A program made the translations under genes and the position numbers. From a virus (Duplodnaviria; Heunggongvirae; Uroviricota; Caudoviricetes), in IMG/VR virus record IMGVR_UViG_3300036951_000304: a stretch of DNA of 64,000 nt; one strand, given 5' to 3'. Each line of letters starts with the position of its first letter. Position 1 is the stretch's first letter. The notes under the pieces are model-generated. The model worked only from the letters and a program-made list of their open reading frames with translations, was not told the DNA's origin and did not search any database. Shown here piece after piece: positions 6,441 to 15,423 of the stretch.

Positions 6441-6639
6441 TTCTACTCTATAGGATTTGACTCTTCTATTCTATAGTGCCCCCCTCTGCTGGCTTTGTTT
6501 CAATCGCAAGGCTCGGCACTAAATAAAACCAACAATCTTTATGTAGAAAATATTTCGTCATAGAATCCTCTGAAATTATATGTCAATATTATATATGTAA
6601 ATTATAACACAGTTTACATAGAATGTAAACAATTTTTTC

Positions 6640-6713
6640 TGGCTCCGGTAAATGGAATCGAACCAATAACTAATGGTTAACAGCCATTCGTGATACCGTT
6701 TCACCATACCGGA
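6640..6713 (-). tRNA. tRNA-Asn (anticodon GUU)
   Basis: CCA encoded, acceptor tccggta/taccgga, anticodon stem AAUGG/CCAUU loop CUGUUAA. Confidence 0.7.
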
Positions 6714-6996
6714 ATGTGTTTCCTGCTGGCCACCAGTTATTCCCTCGCTGGGGTGGCTCCACGGCGGCGAGGCCAGATGTTGTCAGGACAGGAAACGGTG
6801 ACAACCCACGGATTATAATAAAGAGGGCGAACAGATGGAATGGCGGTTCCTCTGTTCCTTACGAGTTCGTTCAACTTGCCGCAACAAGTTCATCTCTACT
6901 ACCCTCTAAATTTTCAAAGAATACGACATATCATATCATAATACGGTATCCCTGTCAAGAAAAATGTTTCTCAATAATTTCAATGACTTACGCAAT

Positions 6997-7051
6997 AAAA
7001 AAGGGCAGTATCTCCTTTACTTCGTAGGGGGCTTATACTGCCCTTTGGCAA
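6997..7051. terminator. bidirectional rho-independent terminator downstream of tmRNA
   Basis: 9-bp stem gggcagtat/atactgccc flanked by aaaaaa upstream and ttt downstream on plus strand. Confidence 0.6.
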
Positions 7052-7107
7052 GATTCTATGAAAAGAATCGCTCGCCCTTCATTATATGACCCCCTCATTG
7101 TTATTTA

Positions 7108-7470
7108 TGGTGGAGGTGGCCGGAATCGAACCGGCGTCCAAAAGCCCCGATAAATCAGGTGAATTACACGCTTCTCTGTTTGTTGCGGTCAATTCGATGC
7201 TCCTAACAGAAAACCGATACATCAAATCCAGTTTCTTTATTACCGTGAAATAGGCGAAACAACCTATTTTCCCGGCTCCCCATTGATTTGAACAATTTCC
7301 AACCCCGATGGAGAGGAGAGTATGAAAATTGTGGGCGGTTAACTAAGCCGCCATTGCGTAACTATAACTGTAGTCTGCGCTTATATGATAATCAGTTGAT
7401 AACGGAGCCGATGATTATCTCCGGCGTGCGCCTGAAGTACCAAAACCTCTGTCGAAGCCTGTGCACCCCC
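7108..7470 (-). ncRNA. ssrA: tmRNA (SsrA-like) with tag reading frame ADYSYSYAMAA-UAG
   Basis: 5' GGGGGUGCACAGGCUUCGAC resembles tmRNA 5' GGGGCUG..GGAUUCGAC; 3' tRNA-like end GCCGG-UUCGAUU-CCGGC-CACCUCC-A-CCA; acceptor G3-U70; internal ORF GCA GAC UAC AGU UAU AGU UAC GCA AUG GCG GCU UAG. Confidence 0.75.
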
Positions 7471-7491
7471 AAATTTTCAAGGAACGATTGT

Positions 7492-7520
7492 ATTCTATCA
7501 CATATTTATGGCGATGTAAA
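7492..7520 (-). promoter_or_regulatory. sigma70-like promoter for tmRNA (minus strand)
   Basis: minus-strand TTTACA-17 bp-TAGAAT about 24 nt upstream of tmRNA 5' end. Confidence 0.5.
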
Positions 7521-7537
7521 TAAAAATATCGAAAATG

Positions 7538-7566
7538 TTTACATTTCAATGTTTTTCTGGTATAAT
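7538..7566 (+). promoter_or_regulatory. sigma70-like promoter with extended -10
   Basis: TTTACA (7538-7543) 17-bp spacer ending TGG then TATAAT (7561-7566); 31 nt upstream of HU start. Confidence 0.65.
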
Positions 7567-7597
7567 AAATCAAAAATCTATGAAAGGAGAAAACCGT

Positions 7598-7873
7598 ATG
7601 AACAGGAAAGTTTTGTCAGACTTCGTTTCAAATGATATGAGTATTACCAAGACCGATGCTAAACTTGCCGTTGATTCTGTAGTTTCTGGTATTCTGAACG
7701 GTCTTATGAAAGGCGAAAAGGTTTCCTTGATGGGTCTGGGCACTTTCTATACATTGAATATGCCAGAGAGAAAAATCAGAAACCCGAAAACGGGGGAACA
7801 AATCACCGTTGCGCCCAAGAAAGTCATCAAATTCAAAGCATCAAAACTACTCAAGAAAGAATTGAATAAGTAA
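7598..7873 (+). CDS. HU/IHF-family histone-like DNA-binding protein
   Basis: MNRKVLSDF..GEKVSLMGLGTFYTLNMPERKIRNPKTGEQITVAPKKVIKFKASKLLK matches HU arm region; RBS aaaggag; start set to Met at 7598 inside ORF 7535..7873. Confidence 0.75.
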   Translation: MNRKVLSDFVSNDMSITKTDAKLAVDSVVSGILNGLMKGEKVSLMGLGTFYTLNMPERKIRNPKTGEQITVAPKKVIKFKASKLLKKELNK

Positions 7874-7876
7874 AAT

Positions 7877-8767
7877 ATGGAAACAAAAATCTGGACATTT
7901 GCGTATGAACCTCAAAAATTTGAGGATATAATATTGAATGATGTGGTGAAGCCGAGATTACAGAAGGCCTTGACCGAAATACCCAATCTGATGTTGGTGG
8001 GCCCGCCCGGAGTTGGTAAGGGAACCTATACAAATATCTTTCTGAAGGAAACAAAACTCGATTTTATCAAATTGAATTGTTCCGATGAAACATCAATTGA
8101 TGGTATCAGGACGAAGGTGAAATCATTTGCTACGGCCCTCGGCGTGACCAAGATGAAAATCGTTGTAATGAACGAAAGTGACTATCTCAGCCCAGCGGCC
8201 CAGGCAATGCTAAGGGATTTGATAGAGCAGGTGGAAGGTATTACAAGATTCATCTTCCAATGTAACTACGGTCACAAGATGATAAAAGAAATCCAATCGA
8301 GATGCCAGGTTATCGAGTTGACCAATCCACCCGCCAAAGAAATCTATCAGCATTGTATGGATATACTGAAGAAGGAAGGTGTGAAGGTGGGAGACACAAA
8401 AGCCATTGTGACCATCATCAAGCAATTGTACCCCGATATCAGAAAAATCATTCATACTTTACAAATGAATACTATTGATGGTAAAATAGATGGTATCAAA
8501 GTGGATGAAGTATCAGAGATACATTTCCAGATATTCAAGGCAGCCCAAGAGAAAAATCTGGATGATATCAGAAAACTCTTGAGAGGACATTCAATCAATT
8601 ATCCCGATTTGTATCTTCATTTCTATGAAAGCGCGGGAAAATTGAAAAGTCCTGGCGACGCCATCCTAGCAATAGGAGAATACCTTTATAGAGACAGCCT
8701 TGTGGCAAACAAGGAAATCAATTTTATGACGATGGTTGTTTCCCTTATAAAGAAGGGAGTTCTATGA
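7877..8767 (+). CDS. clamp loader ATPase subunit (T4 gp44-like AAA+)
   Basis: Walker A MLVGPPGVGKGTY, Walker B-like VVMNESD, sensor motifs; adjacent to putative clamp. Confidence 0.7.
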   Translation: METKIWTFAYEPQKFEDIILNDVVKPRLQKALTEIPNLMLVGPPGVGKGTYTNIFLKETKLDFIKLNCSDETSIDGIRTKVKSFATALGVTKMKIVVMNESDYLSPAAQAMLRDLIEQVEGITRFIFQCNYGHKMIKEIQSRCQVIELTNPPAKEIYQHCMDILKKEGVKVGDTKAIVTIIKQLYPDIRKIIHTLQMNTIDGKIDGIKVDEVSEIHFQIFKAAQEKNLDDIRKLLRGHSINYPDLYLHFYESAGKLKSPGDAILAIGEYLYRDSLVANKEINFMTMVVSLIKKGVL

Positions 8768-9120
8768 AAGAAAGAACAATATTCGATGTTCTCAATTCCA
8801 TATATTATAAAACGGGTATGGACTACGAGAAGAAAATCGTGTCTGCTTATGTCTTATCATTGTGGTTGTCTCACGACACCTCTCTTATAGAGATGGTGAA
8901 CGATGTCAATATGATTTTATTCAACCTTGAGGACGAATGGGTATATAAATACTATTATAATAAGATCCCCAAGGGCCGAAGATACATAAAATGGCCCCGA
9001 AAGTCTGAAAAGGACAAAGAGAAGGGAGAAAAAATAAAATCATTGATGCTCGAATTTGGGGTATCAAAGAGAGAGGCGGAGAAATGCATGGTGGAATTTG
9101 CAAAAAGTGCCAGAAAGTGA
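8764..9120 (+). CDS. hypothetical protein (possible small clamp-loader subunit by position)
   Basis: ORF overlapping stop/start with clamp loader gene; no recognisable motif. Confidence 0.35.
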   Translation: MKERTIFDVLNSIYYKTGMDYEKKIVSAYVLSLWLSHDTSLIEMVNDVNMILFNLEDEWVYKYYYNKIPKGRRYIKWPRKSEKDKEKGEKIKSLMLEFGVSKREAEKCMVEFAKSARK

Positions 9121-9434
9121 GAATAAGATTATACGATGGTATATGCTTCAGGTGTAGATTCAATATCAATGTTGAACAATATGAAAAAATAAAGCGGTTG
9201 AGAGATCTTGAAGAATTGAAAAAACAATTAGAGGAACCCGTAGTAGATGTAATAGAAGAACCAACTGAAGAAGAACCCGTAAGTGAGGATGTTATTGTTG
9301 AAGAAAAGGAACTTGACGAAATTACCCAACCTGACCAGCTGGTCAAGCCGGACAATTTAGTCAAGTCAGAAAAGAAGCCAACCAGAAAGAGAACTGGCAC
9401 AAGAAGAATAACAAAAAAGAAAAAAGTGGAGTAA
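9084..9434 (+). CDS. zinc-ribbon protein with acidic/basic tail
   Basis: N-terminal CKKC..(n)..CFRC, then EE-rich and KKK-rich C-terminus. Confidence 0.4.
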   Translation: MHGGICKKCQKVRIRLYDGICFRCRFNINVEQYEKIKRLRDLEELKKQLEEPVVDVIEEPTEEEPVSEDVIVEEKELDEITQPDQLVKPDNLVKSEKKPTRKRTGTRRITKKKKVE

Positions 9435-9438
9435 AAGT

Positions 9439-10194
9439 ATGAAATTAAATGTTGAGAATTTTAAATCTGTGTTACAGAAAGCAACACTCAATTTTTCAAT
9501 AGAGAGTGTTCAGCTGAAATTAACTTCAGATAAAATCCAATCCAGAATGTTGATGCAAAATTCCAAGGATGCCATCGTAATTCTGGATGTCGCAAATGAT
9601 GTACTTGAAATAAAGAGGGGAGCCGAATATACATTGAACTTTTCGGAACCAAGTATATCTGTTATGCCATATCTCGCCCTTATAGAAGGTGATGAAGAGG
9701 CGGATATCAGAATTTTCGATGAAAAAATAGCGATTACATCTGGAAACCAGAAATCAAATATCTTCTTCTGCTCACCAAATGTCGTTACTGTTTTTTCAGC
9801 AACGGCGCCGAGAGAAAGTGTAAAATATTTTGTCTCGTTTGACTTAAATTCTTCATTCATATCCGATTTCAATAAAATCAAGAAAATTGGAATGAGGTTC
9901 GGTAAAATATATTTCACCGTCATAAACAAGATATTCTCGATGGAGACTACAGATAAACAGAATCCATATTCCAACACTCTGAAATTTGATTTATTACAGG
10001 ATATAAAAGAGGACGATTTGAACCTATGTTTTGATTACAGGAACTTTGTGAACCTGATGTCCGTCATCGAAGATGATTTCGACAATTTCAGAACGAATTT
10101 CGCCTTTGTGAGACAGCAGGAACTTGGTATGGTATTTGTCGAGAAGAAAGACGGCACGGAGAAGTATTATCTAATGTCAAGAAAAGAGGTATAA
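9439..10194 (+). CDS. putative sliding clamp (gp45-like) - positional inference
   Basis: 251 aa, MKL start and size similar to T4 gp45, located beside clamp loader; sequence similarity only vague. Confidence 0.4.
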   Translation: MKLNVENFKSVLQKATLNFSIESVQLKLTSDKIQSRMLMQNSKDAIVILDVANDVLEIKRGAEYTLNFSEPSISVMPYLALIEGDEEADIRIFDEKIAITSGNQKSNIFFCSPNVVTVFSATAPRESVKYFVSFDLNSSFISDFNKIKKIGMRFGKIYFTVINKIFSMETTDKQNPYSNTLKFDLLQDIKEDDLNLCFDYRNFVNLMSVIEDDFDNFRTNFAFVRQQELGMVFVEKKDGTEKYYLMSRKEV

Positions 10195-10201
10195 TTTCTT
10201 A

Positions 10202-10230
10202 TTTACACACTATTTGAAATATGATATAAT
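10202..10230 (+). promoter_or_regulatory. sigma70-like promoter
   Basis: TTTACA-17 bp-TATAAT then RBS aggagg and ATG at 10260. Confidence 0.6.
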
Positions 10231-10259
10231 TAGTTGAAATCCTGATAGGAGGTTTTTTT

Positions 10260-10526
10260 ATGGATAGAGATGATGTATGGAATGGCGCAGAAGAGCGTAG
10301 AGCAGAATTTTCTTCAGAGACTTGTGCTCTGGTAAACAATGCTTCTATTCCACTTACCCCCGGCACACCGTTTAAGGATACCGTTATGAATCTCGCGAGA
10401 GATGCCGGTTTCGGAAAATTCAGAATTATCCTCAACGGCAGCGAAATCAAACCCTCACAGGCTCCCGAAGTGCTTAACGAGGGCGACAAGGTTGAAATCA
10501 GACCTTACGATGTCGCTGGTTTCTAA
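10260..10526 (+). CDS. hypothetical protein
   Basis: ORF with strong RBS aggagg 8 nt upstream. Confidence 0.5.
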   Translation: MDRDDVWNGAEERRAEFSSETCALVNNASIPLTPGTPFKDTVMNLARDAGFGKFRIILNGSEIKPSQAPEVLNEGDKVEIRPYDVAGF

Positions 10527-10591
10527 TTGAGAAGGGGGTGGGTGCGTAGCAGCTACCCCCACTCAAAAACAAACAAGAAAGGTATGAAATT

Positions 10592-11458
10592 ATGGCCGCA
10601 CCAAGGGATATCTCCGAAACCCTTTTGAACGAGATGTCAAGTATATTTGCCACGGTTGATACCGTCAATATAAATGATGTTGAACTGAAGGGCTTATCCC
10701 TCCGGGCCGGAGATAAAATTTTAAAACTTAAACTTATCGAAGTCGAAAATCTTGACTCTATAGATGAGATTAAAAGAGAATACAAACATATTCTCAACCA
10801 GAAATTGGCATCCATAAAGGATAACATTCAAAAGAAAGTGGCTGATATGGTGTCATTTGTTCAAACCTATAGAGAAGAATATGAGAGAAAGGAAATAGAG
10901 CTAAAGAGGAAACTCGAAAGTTCACAAATTATGCCTCAGGTTTCCTTTCAGCAGGCGGAGCGCGGGCTTTCAATTTCTCCGGGCAATAAAAAAGGAGAAA
11001 TTTATTGGTACATAAGGAGTATCTACTGGCCAAAATTTGTAGACCAAAAACCGATAGAGACAAAGTTTCAAAAGAAACTTATTACACCGATTGTTATATT
11101 AGTATCGACAGAAGGAGATAATGTAAAGTCTGTTTCAACAAGAACACCAATTGGCTTGAGATTCTTCTCACATTATCACCAGGCACAACCTGATTGCTGG
11201 GGAAAATGGAAGTGGAAACCAAAATGGAATTCGGCTGAAGATATTCTAACTATAGCAAAGGAAGTTGAAGGCGTGCTAGAAAATGTGAATACGGGATCAA
11301 TCGCAAACAGAACACCGATTGGACTCCCCACAATCCACATTTTAAATAAACATCTCATACAGAGAAAGGAATTGAAAAGGGATGTAGATACAACCAATGT
11401 AAGAGCGGGTATCTCCAACACCCAAAGCATTGAACTTGAAGATTCTTGGACAACTTAA
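10592..11458 (+). CDS. hypothetical protein
   Basis: 288-aa ORF, RBS aaaggtATG. Confidence 0.5.
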   Translation: MAAPRDISETLLNEMSSIFATVDTVNINDVELKGLSLRAGDKILKLKLIEVENLDSIDEIKREYKHILNQKLASIKDNIQKKVADMVSFVQTYREEYERKEIELKRKLESSQIMPQVSFQQAERGLSISPGNKKGEIYWYIRSIYWPKFVDQKPIETKFQKKLITPIVILVSTEGDNVKSVSTRTPIGLRFFSHYHQAQPDCWGKWKWKPKWNSAEDILTIAKEVEGVLENVNTGSIANRTPIGLPTIHILNKHLIQRKELKRDVDTTNVRAGISNTQSIELEDSWTT

Positions 11459-11461
11459 TAA

Positions 11462-12556
11462 ATGAATTTGCAGGTTATATCAAAGCCTGCCTCAGTAAAC
11501 ATACTTAGTTATGTAGGAGATACGCAAGGGTGTGGAACGATACGAGTTATCTATCCACACCTATTTCTCCCACACCTACGATATCAAGGTTATAGATTCG
11601 TGGGTTTCTATTCAGCGTATTTCATAAGGCAGACTGATTACTACAAAAATTTTAGTTTTGTTATATTTCAAAGGGCCGCAACCAAATCCCATCTTGCCCT
11701 CATATCTAATTTTATCAATCAGGTAACAAAGACCTATAAAACCCCCATCATCTACGAGATTGATGACCTTCTCATCAATATTCCCGATTGGAATTATGCC
11801 TCTGATTATTATAGGGATAACGAAAAGAACATCGAAGAGATGATGACAAAAGTAAACGGTATTACCGTTTCAACGGAGAAGCTCAAAGAAGTATACTCTA
11901 AATATAATACCAATATAGAAATCATTCCCAACCATCTACCCAAATTTGTGTGGGGAGAAATTATCCCGAAGCACGAAAACAATCCGAGAGAAACAAAACC
12001 ACGAATACTCTGGGCGGGGTCAGAAAATCATTTTGCTGTCAAGCCGGGAAAATCCGGTGGAGACTTTGGCCAAGAGCTCCTCAAATACATCCGTGGCACA
12101 GTTGATAAATATCAATGGGTGATTTGTGGCGGTATTCCAAAAGAACTCATTGACCTCAAGGGAAAAATAGAGCACCACGGGTGGAGAAATATATTTGAGT
12201 ATCCAGCATTCCTGAAGAGGCTCGATGTAGATATGGCTATGGCCCCGCTAATGCCCGGTATATTCAATGAATGTAAAAGCAATATAAAAATGTTGGAGTA
12301 TGTTGCCCTTGGTGTTCCGGCGGTGTATACTAATATAGAGCCATATAAAAATGCCTTTGCCAGGGCAAATAACGATGATGAATTGATTTCCAATCTGGAA
12401 AATCTTGTAAAGGACATTGACTTGAGGGCGAAGAGCTGGAAGAAAGATTACGAAACAGTAAAGGCACAATTGTGGTGGGAAGAAAACAATTATTATAATG
12501 TAAGGCATTATATCAACTCAAATTTAAAATTATTCGGAAAGAAGGTTCCATTTTGA
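11462..12556 (+). CDS. hypothetical protein
   Basis: 364-aa ORF tightly following previous gene. Confidence 0.5.
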   Translation: MNLQVISKPASVNILSYVGDTQGCGTIRVIYPHLFLPHLRYQGYRFVGFYSAYFIRQTDYYKNFSFVIFQRAATKSHLALISNFINQVTKTYKTPIIYEIDDLLINIPDWNYASDYYRDNEKNIEEMMTKVNGITVSTEKLKEVYSKYNTNIEIIPNHLPKFVWGEIIPKHENNPRETKPRILWAGSENHFAVKPGKSGGDFGQELLKYIRGTVDKYQWVICGGIPKELIDLKGKIEHHGWRNIFEYPAFLKRLDVDMAMAPLMPGIFNECKSNIKMLEYVALGVPAVYTNIEPYKNAFARANNDDELISNLENLVKDIDLRAKSWKKDYETVKAQLWWEENNYYNVRHYINSNLKLFGKKVPF

Positions 12557-12557
12557 T

Positions 12558-13259
12558 ATGACAGTTTTCGAAGTTTACAAGGCATTTAGAAGGGCCCAAG
12601 CCCTACATCACGCAAGACCGTATCAGCTACCAAAGGATTTTGAATATTATTTCAATACCAAAATGTCCTCGCAGAACAGGGCATATCTGAACAAGGCCGC
12701 CCTGTATTTCTCTACAAAATGGAAAAATATAAACATCAATAAATTTATGGCCTGTGGATTTGAATTGTTTGGGAAGAATTTTACTTATGTGAGATTTTTC
12801 AATATCAAATTGTTGAAATATTATATCGAGAAGGACAAGAATAAGAAGCGGGAATTGCGCGGCGGGAAAAGGGAAATTGTAACTTCAACAAAATTCATCA
12901 GGAAATATCTTGAGCAGTTCAAGGAAAAATTTGATGATATATTGCCCCTCTCATTCTACTGTAAACAGAAAGAAGGTCATCAGAGTATAATAATAAAACA
13001 TTACATAGAGGGGAAAATTGACAAATATATCCTTGTCTGGTTAATAAACAAGGGATTTGTATCTCTGACGGACGATGACAGGGCACAGATACCTTACATA
13101 GTGGAAAATTACAGAAAGTATGTTGAGGTTGTGGACAATTTTCCGGAGTTTATGGAAAGAGTGTTCGTAACTTTGAACAGGAGATATGAGAATGGTAAAA
13201 AGGATAAACAGGAAGGACTTGCTGATAACACCACCACCGTCGGGCACGATGTTATATGA
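12558..13259 (+). CDS. hypothetical protein (immediately upstream of SSB; helicase-loader-like position)
   Basis: 233-aa ORF; function not recognisable from sequence. Confidence 0.45.
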   Translation: MTVFEVYKAFRRAQALHHARPYQLPKDFEYYFNTKMSSQNRAYLNKAALYFSTKWKNININKFMACGFELFGKNFTYVRFFNIKLLKYYIEKDKNKKRELRGGKREIVTSTKFIRKYLEQFKEKFDDILPLSFYCKQKEGHQSIIIKHYIEGKIDKYILVWLINKGFVSLTDDDRAQIPYIVENYRKYVEVVDNFPEFMERVFVTLNRRYENGKKDKQEGLADNTTTVGHDVI

Positions 13260-13394
13260 TAAGGATTTTCCGGAAGAAATAAAGAAAAAGTATAAGGAAA
13301 ACAACCTAAACGAAAGTAAGGAAAAGCCAAGAAAAAGGAGGCAATCTTTCCATCGGCAGAAAAAAGTGGTAAAATGATAATATGAGGTCAATGA

Positions 13395-13514
13395 ATGGAT
13401 AAAACCTACAGAACAAACAGACAAATACTTGAAGATTTAGAAAGGATGATTAAACAACTAATAGAAAAAATCGAAAAATTAGAAAAGAAAATGGAGGAAG
13501 AAGAAGATGAGTAA
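13395..13514 (+). CDS. small coiled-coil peptide (39 aa)
   Basis: MDKTYRTNRQILEDLERMIKQLIEKIEKLEKKMEEEEDE, overlaps SSB start by ATGA. Confidence 0.25.
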   Translation: MDKTYRTNRQILEDLERMIKQLIEKIEKLEKKMEEEEDE

Positions 13515-14457
13515 ATGGATAAAAAAAGATTTATTTGACCAATTCGTAGAAGAAAAACAACAAGAGGAAACGAAGAAAACAGCTGGCCCTCGCAGGTCTG
13601 AAACAGTATGGCAGACCCCATCAATGGGAACACAGGACAAGCCAAAGGTCTATGAGGTAAGATACCTTCCAGATCCCAAGGGAAGATTTTACAAGAGATT
13701 TTACTATCACGGGTTCAAGTCCGGTGACAGATGGTACTTCCCTCTTTGTGAAAAGACCTATGACTTTTATAATTGGTGTCCTTTCTGTGCGGCAGCCAGT
13801 AAATTATATACAGGAACACAGGCTGATAAGCAACAGGCATCCACGATAAAGAGAAAAGAGAAATTTGTCGGCAATATTTTTGTAGTGGATGACCCGCGGG
13901 ATACAGATAGAGAAGAGAAGTTCACCAACACGGTAAAATTATATGAGTTCCCAGCAGAAGTCGAATCGAAGCTAAAGGGAACAATCACAGATATGAAACA
14001 CGGTCTTGGAAAAGCCGTATTTGATCCGGGCGAAGAAGGTTATAACTTTATCATCAAAGTAAAGGCCACAAAGCCAACGAGAGATGGTAAACAATGGCCT
14101 GTTTACGCAGATTCCGAGTTTGCCAGAAAACCAAATGCCCTGGCAAGAACTGACAAGGAAATCCAGACCATTTTGGGTCAAGCATTCGATGTAGATGAAT
14201 ATATTTCCTCACAGAGAATGTCAGATGAAGATATCATTTCCCTTCTCAAGGGGGAAATGTTGTGGGAAATCGTGAAAGACGAATGGGCAAGATACAGAGG
14301 TAAAGTAGCGAATGGTGATGTGAGAAAAGAAGAGCCTGTAGCCCCACCAAAATCAACAGCAGTAGAACCACCAAAGAAATCGGCAGCTGAAGAGGATGTT
14401 GATGATTATGAGGAGCCGCCCGATCAGGATTTATTAAAAGAACTCGATGAGCTATAA
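13507..14457 (+). CDS. single-stranded DNA-binding protein (T4 gp32-like)
   Basis: FVVDDPRD resembles gp32 LVVKDPAAP; Cys/His cluster CEK..CPFC (zinc site), acidic C-terminal tail EEDVDDYEEPPDQDLLKELDEL. Confidence 0.65.
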   Translation: MSKWIKKDLFDQFVEEKQQEETKKTAGPRRSETVWQTPSMGTQDKPKVYEVRYLPDPKGRFYKRFYYHGFKSGDRWYFPLCEKTYDFYNWCPFCAAASKLYTGTQADKQQASTIKRKEKFVGNIFVVDDPRDTDREEKFTNTVKLYEFPAEVESKLKGTITDMKHGLGKAVFDPGEEGYNFIIKVKATKPTRDGKQWPVYADSEFARKPNALARTDKEIQTILGQAFDVDEYISSQRMSDEDIISLLKGEMLWEIVKDEWARYRGKVANGDVRKEEPVAPPKSTAVEPPKKSAAEEDVDDYEEPPDQDLLKELDEL

Positions 14458-14478
14458 TCCATCATTTCCCATCCGCAA

Positions 14479-14507
14479 GAGGGGGAGCAGAAATGCTCCC
14501 CTTTTTT
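14479..14507 (+). terminator. rho-independent terminator after SSB gene
   Basis: stem gggggagc-agaaa-tgctcccc followed by TTTTTT. Confidence 0.7.
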
Positions 14508-14523
14508 GGGTCTAAATAATTAT

Positions 14524-14892
14524 ATGAAATGGAAAATATATGTGATACTAAATACTGTAAATGAGAAAAAATATGTAGGTATCACTAAAAACGGTATAAA
14601 AAACAGATTTAGAGGCCATTCCATAGCAAAAACGATGCTTGGAGAAGATATAAGGAAATATGGAAAAGACAAATTCATTTCTCAAATAATTGATGAAACG
14701 GATAATAGAAAAGAGGCCGGGAAAAAGGAAAAAAATTGGATCAATGTTTTAAAAACAAAACAATCTCAGGGCGGTTATAATGCCGATGTAATTTTCACAA
14801 ATAATCCCACCAAATCTAAACAGAAACAAAAAAATAGTCTATTAGAGGAATTAGAAAGCAACTTATTCCTCTATAATATGCGCTTATTCTAA
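14524..14892 (+). CDS. GIY-YIG nuclease domain protein (homing-endonuclease-like, short)
   Basis: KIYVILNTVNEKKYVGITKNGIKNRFRGH = GIY..YIG..R..H signature; start moved to Met outside terminator. Confidence 0.6.
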   Translation: MKWKIYVILNTVNEKKYVGITKNGIKNRFRGHSIAKTMLGEDIRKYGKDKFISQIIDETDNRKEAGKKEKNWINVLKTKQSQGGYNADVIFTNNPTKSKQKQKNSLLEELESNLFLYNMRLF

Positions 14893-14906
14893 TAATATTT
14901 CGTTAA

Positions 14907-14932
14907 ACGATTGAACGAAATGATTGAACGAA
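14907..14932. repeat. tandem direct repeat gattgaacgaaa x2 with flanking inverted tttcgtt/aacgaaa
   Basis: cgattgaacgaaatgattgaacgaaa immediately after GIY-YIG stop. Confidence 0.5.
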
Positions 14933-15096
14933 ACATTAAATTACCCATTGATAATGTCAATAGTAATCATAACAAAAATCTATTATATTGAAATTGTTGG
15001 AGAAAATATTTCCCAAAAAATCGAGTTTTGGTATGCTTATTGATGTATAAGGGGTAGAGGGGTCAAGAACCCCCAATAGAAAGTGAGGAAAATGAG

Positions 15097-15375
15097 ATGA
15101 AAAAGAATTTAGCAACCCTGATTACAATGATTTTTGTTATTCTGGTAACCGGAACCTTCACCTATGCAGAATCCGTTATGGTAGCAAATGCAGGTGAGTT
15201 TCCCTACTTCCACCTTGGAACATTGATTGTTGGTGGATTGATTATCACTTCTCTCCAGCAGAAGTATAACAAAATCCGTCTGAGCGAATCCGTAGGTTCT
15301 TTCGCTCTCTACGCTATTCTGATTGCACTTTTCACCAATCCGGTTATTGAGCTCATCAAAAATCTGGTTGGTTAA
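15097..15375 (+). CDS. small membrane protein with signal peptide
   Basis: N-terminal hydrophobic leader and second TM; RBS gaggaaaatgagATG. Confidence 0.5.
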   Translation: MKKNLATLITMIFVILVTGTFTYAESVMVANAGEFPYFHLGTLIVGGLIITSLQQKYNKIRLSESVGSFALYAILIALFTNPVIELIKNLVG

Positions 15376-15423
15376 TCCTTATATATGGGGCGGGATGACC
15401 CCGCCCCACCGAAAGGAGCTATT

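Noticed and set aside
6716-7027. ORF 6716..7027 (+), 103 aa
   Set aside because: It is low-complexity and covers a structured GC-rich region and a terminator hairpin. It is more likely non-coding.
7288-7635. ORF 7288..7635 (+), 115 aa
   Set aside because: It overlaps the tmRNA antisense strand and the promoters. The HU gene starts at an internal Met (7598) with its own RBS.
8921-9400. Minus-strand 159-aa ORF antisense to 8764..9434
   Set aside because: It has low-complexity Ser-rich translation and conflicts with plus-strand genes in a co-directional operon.
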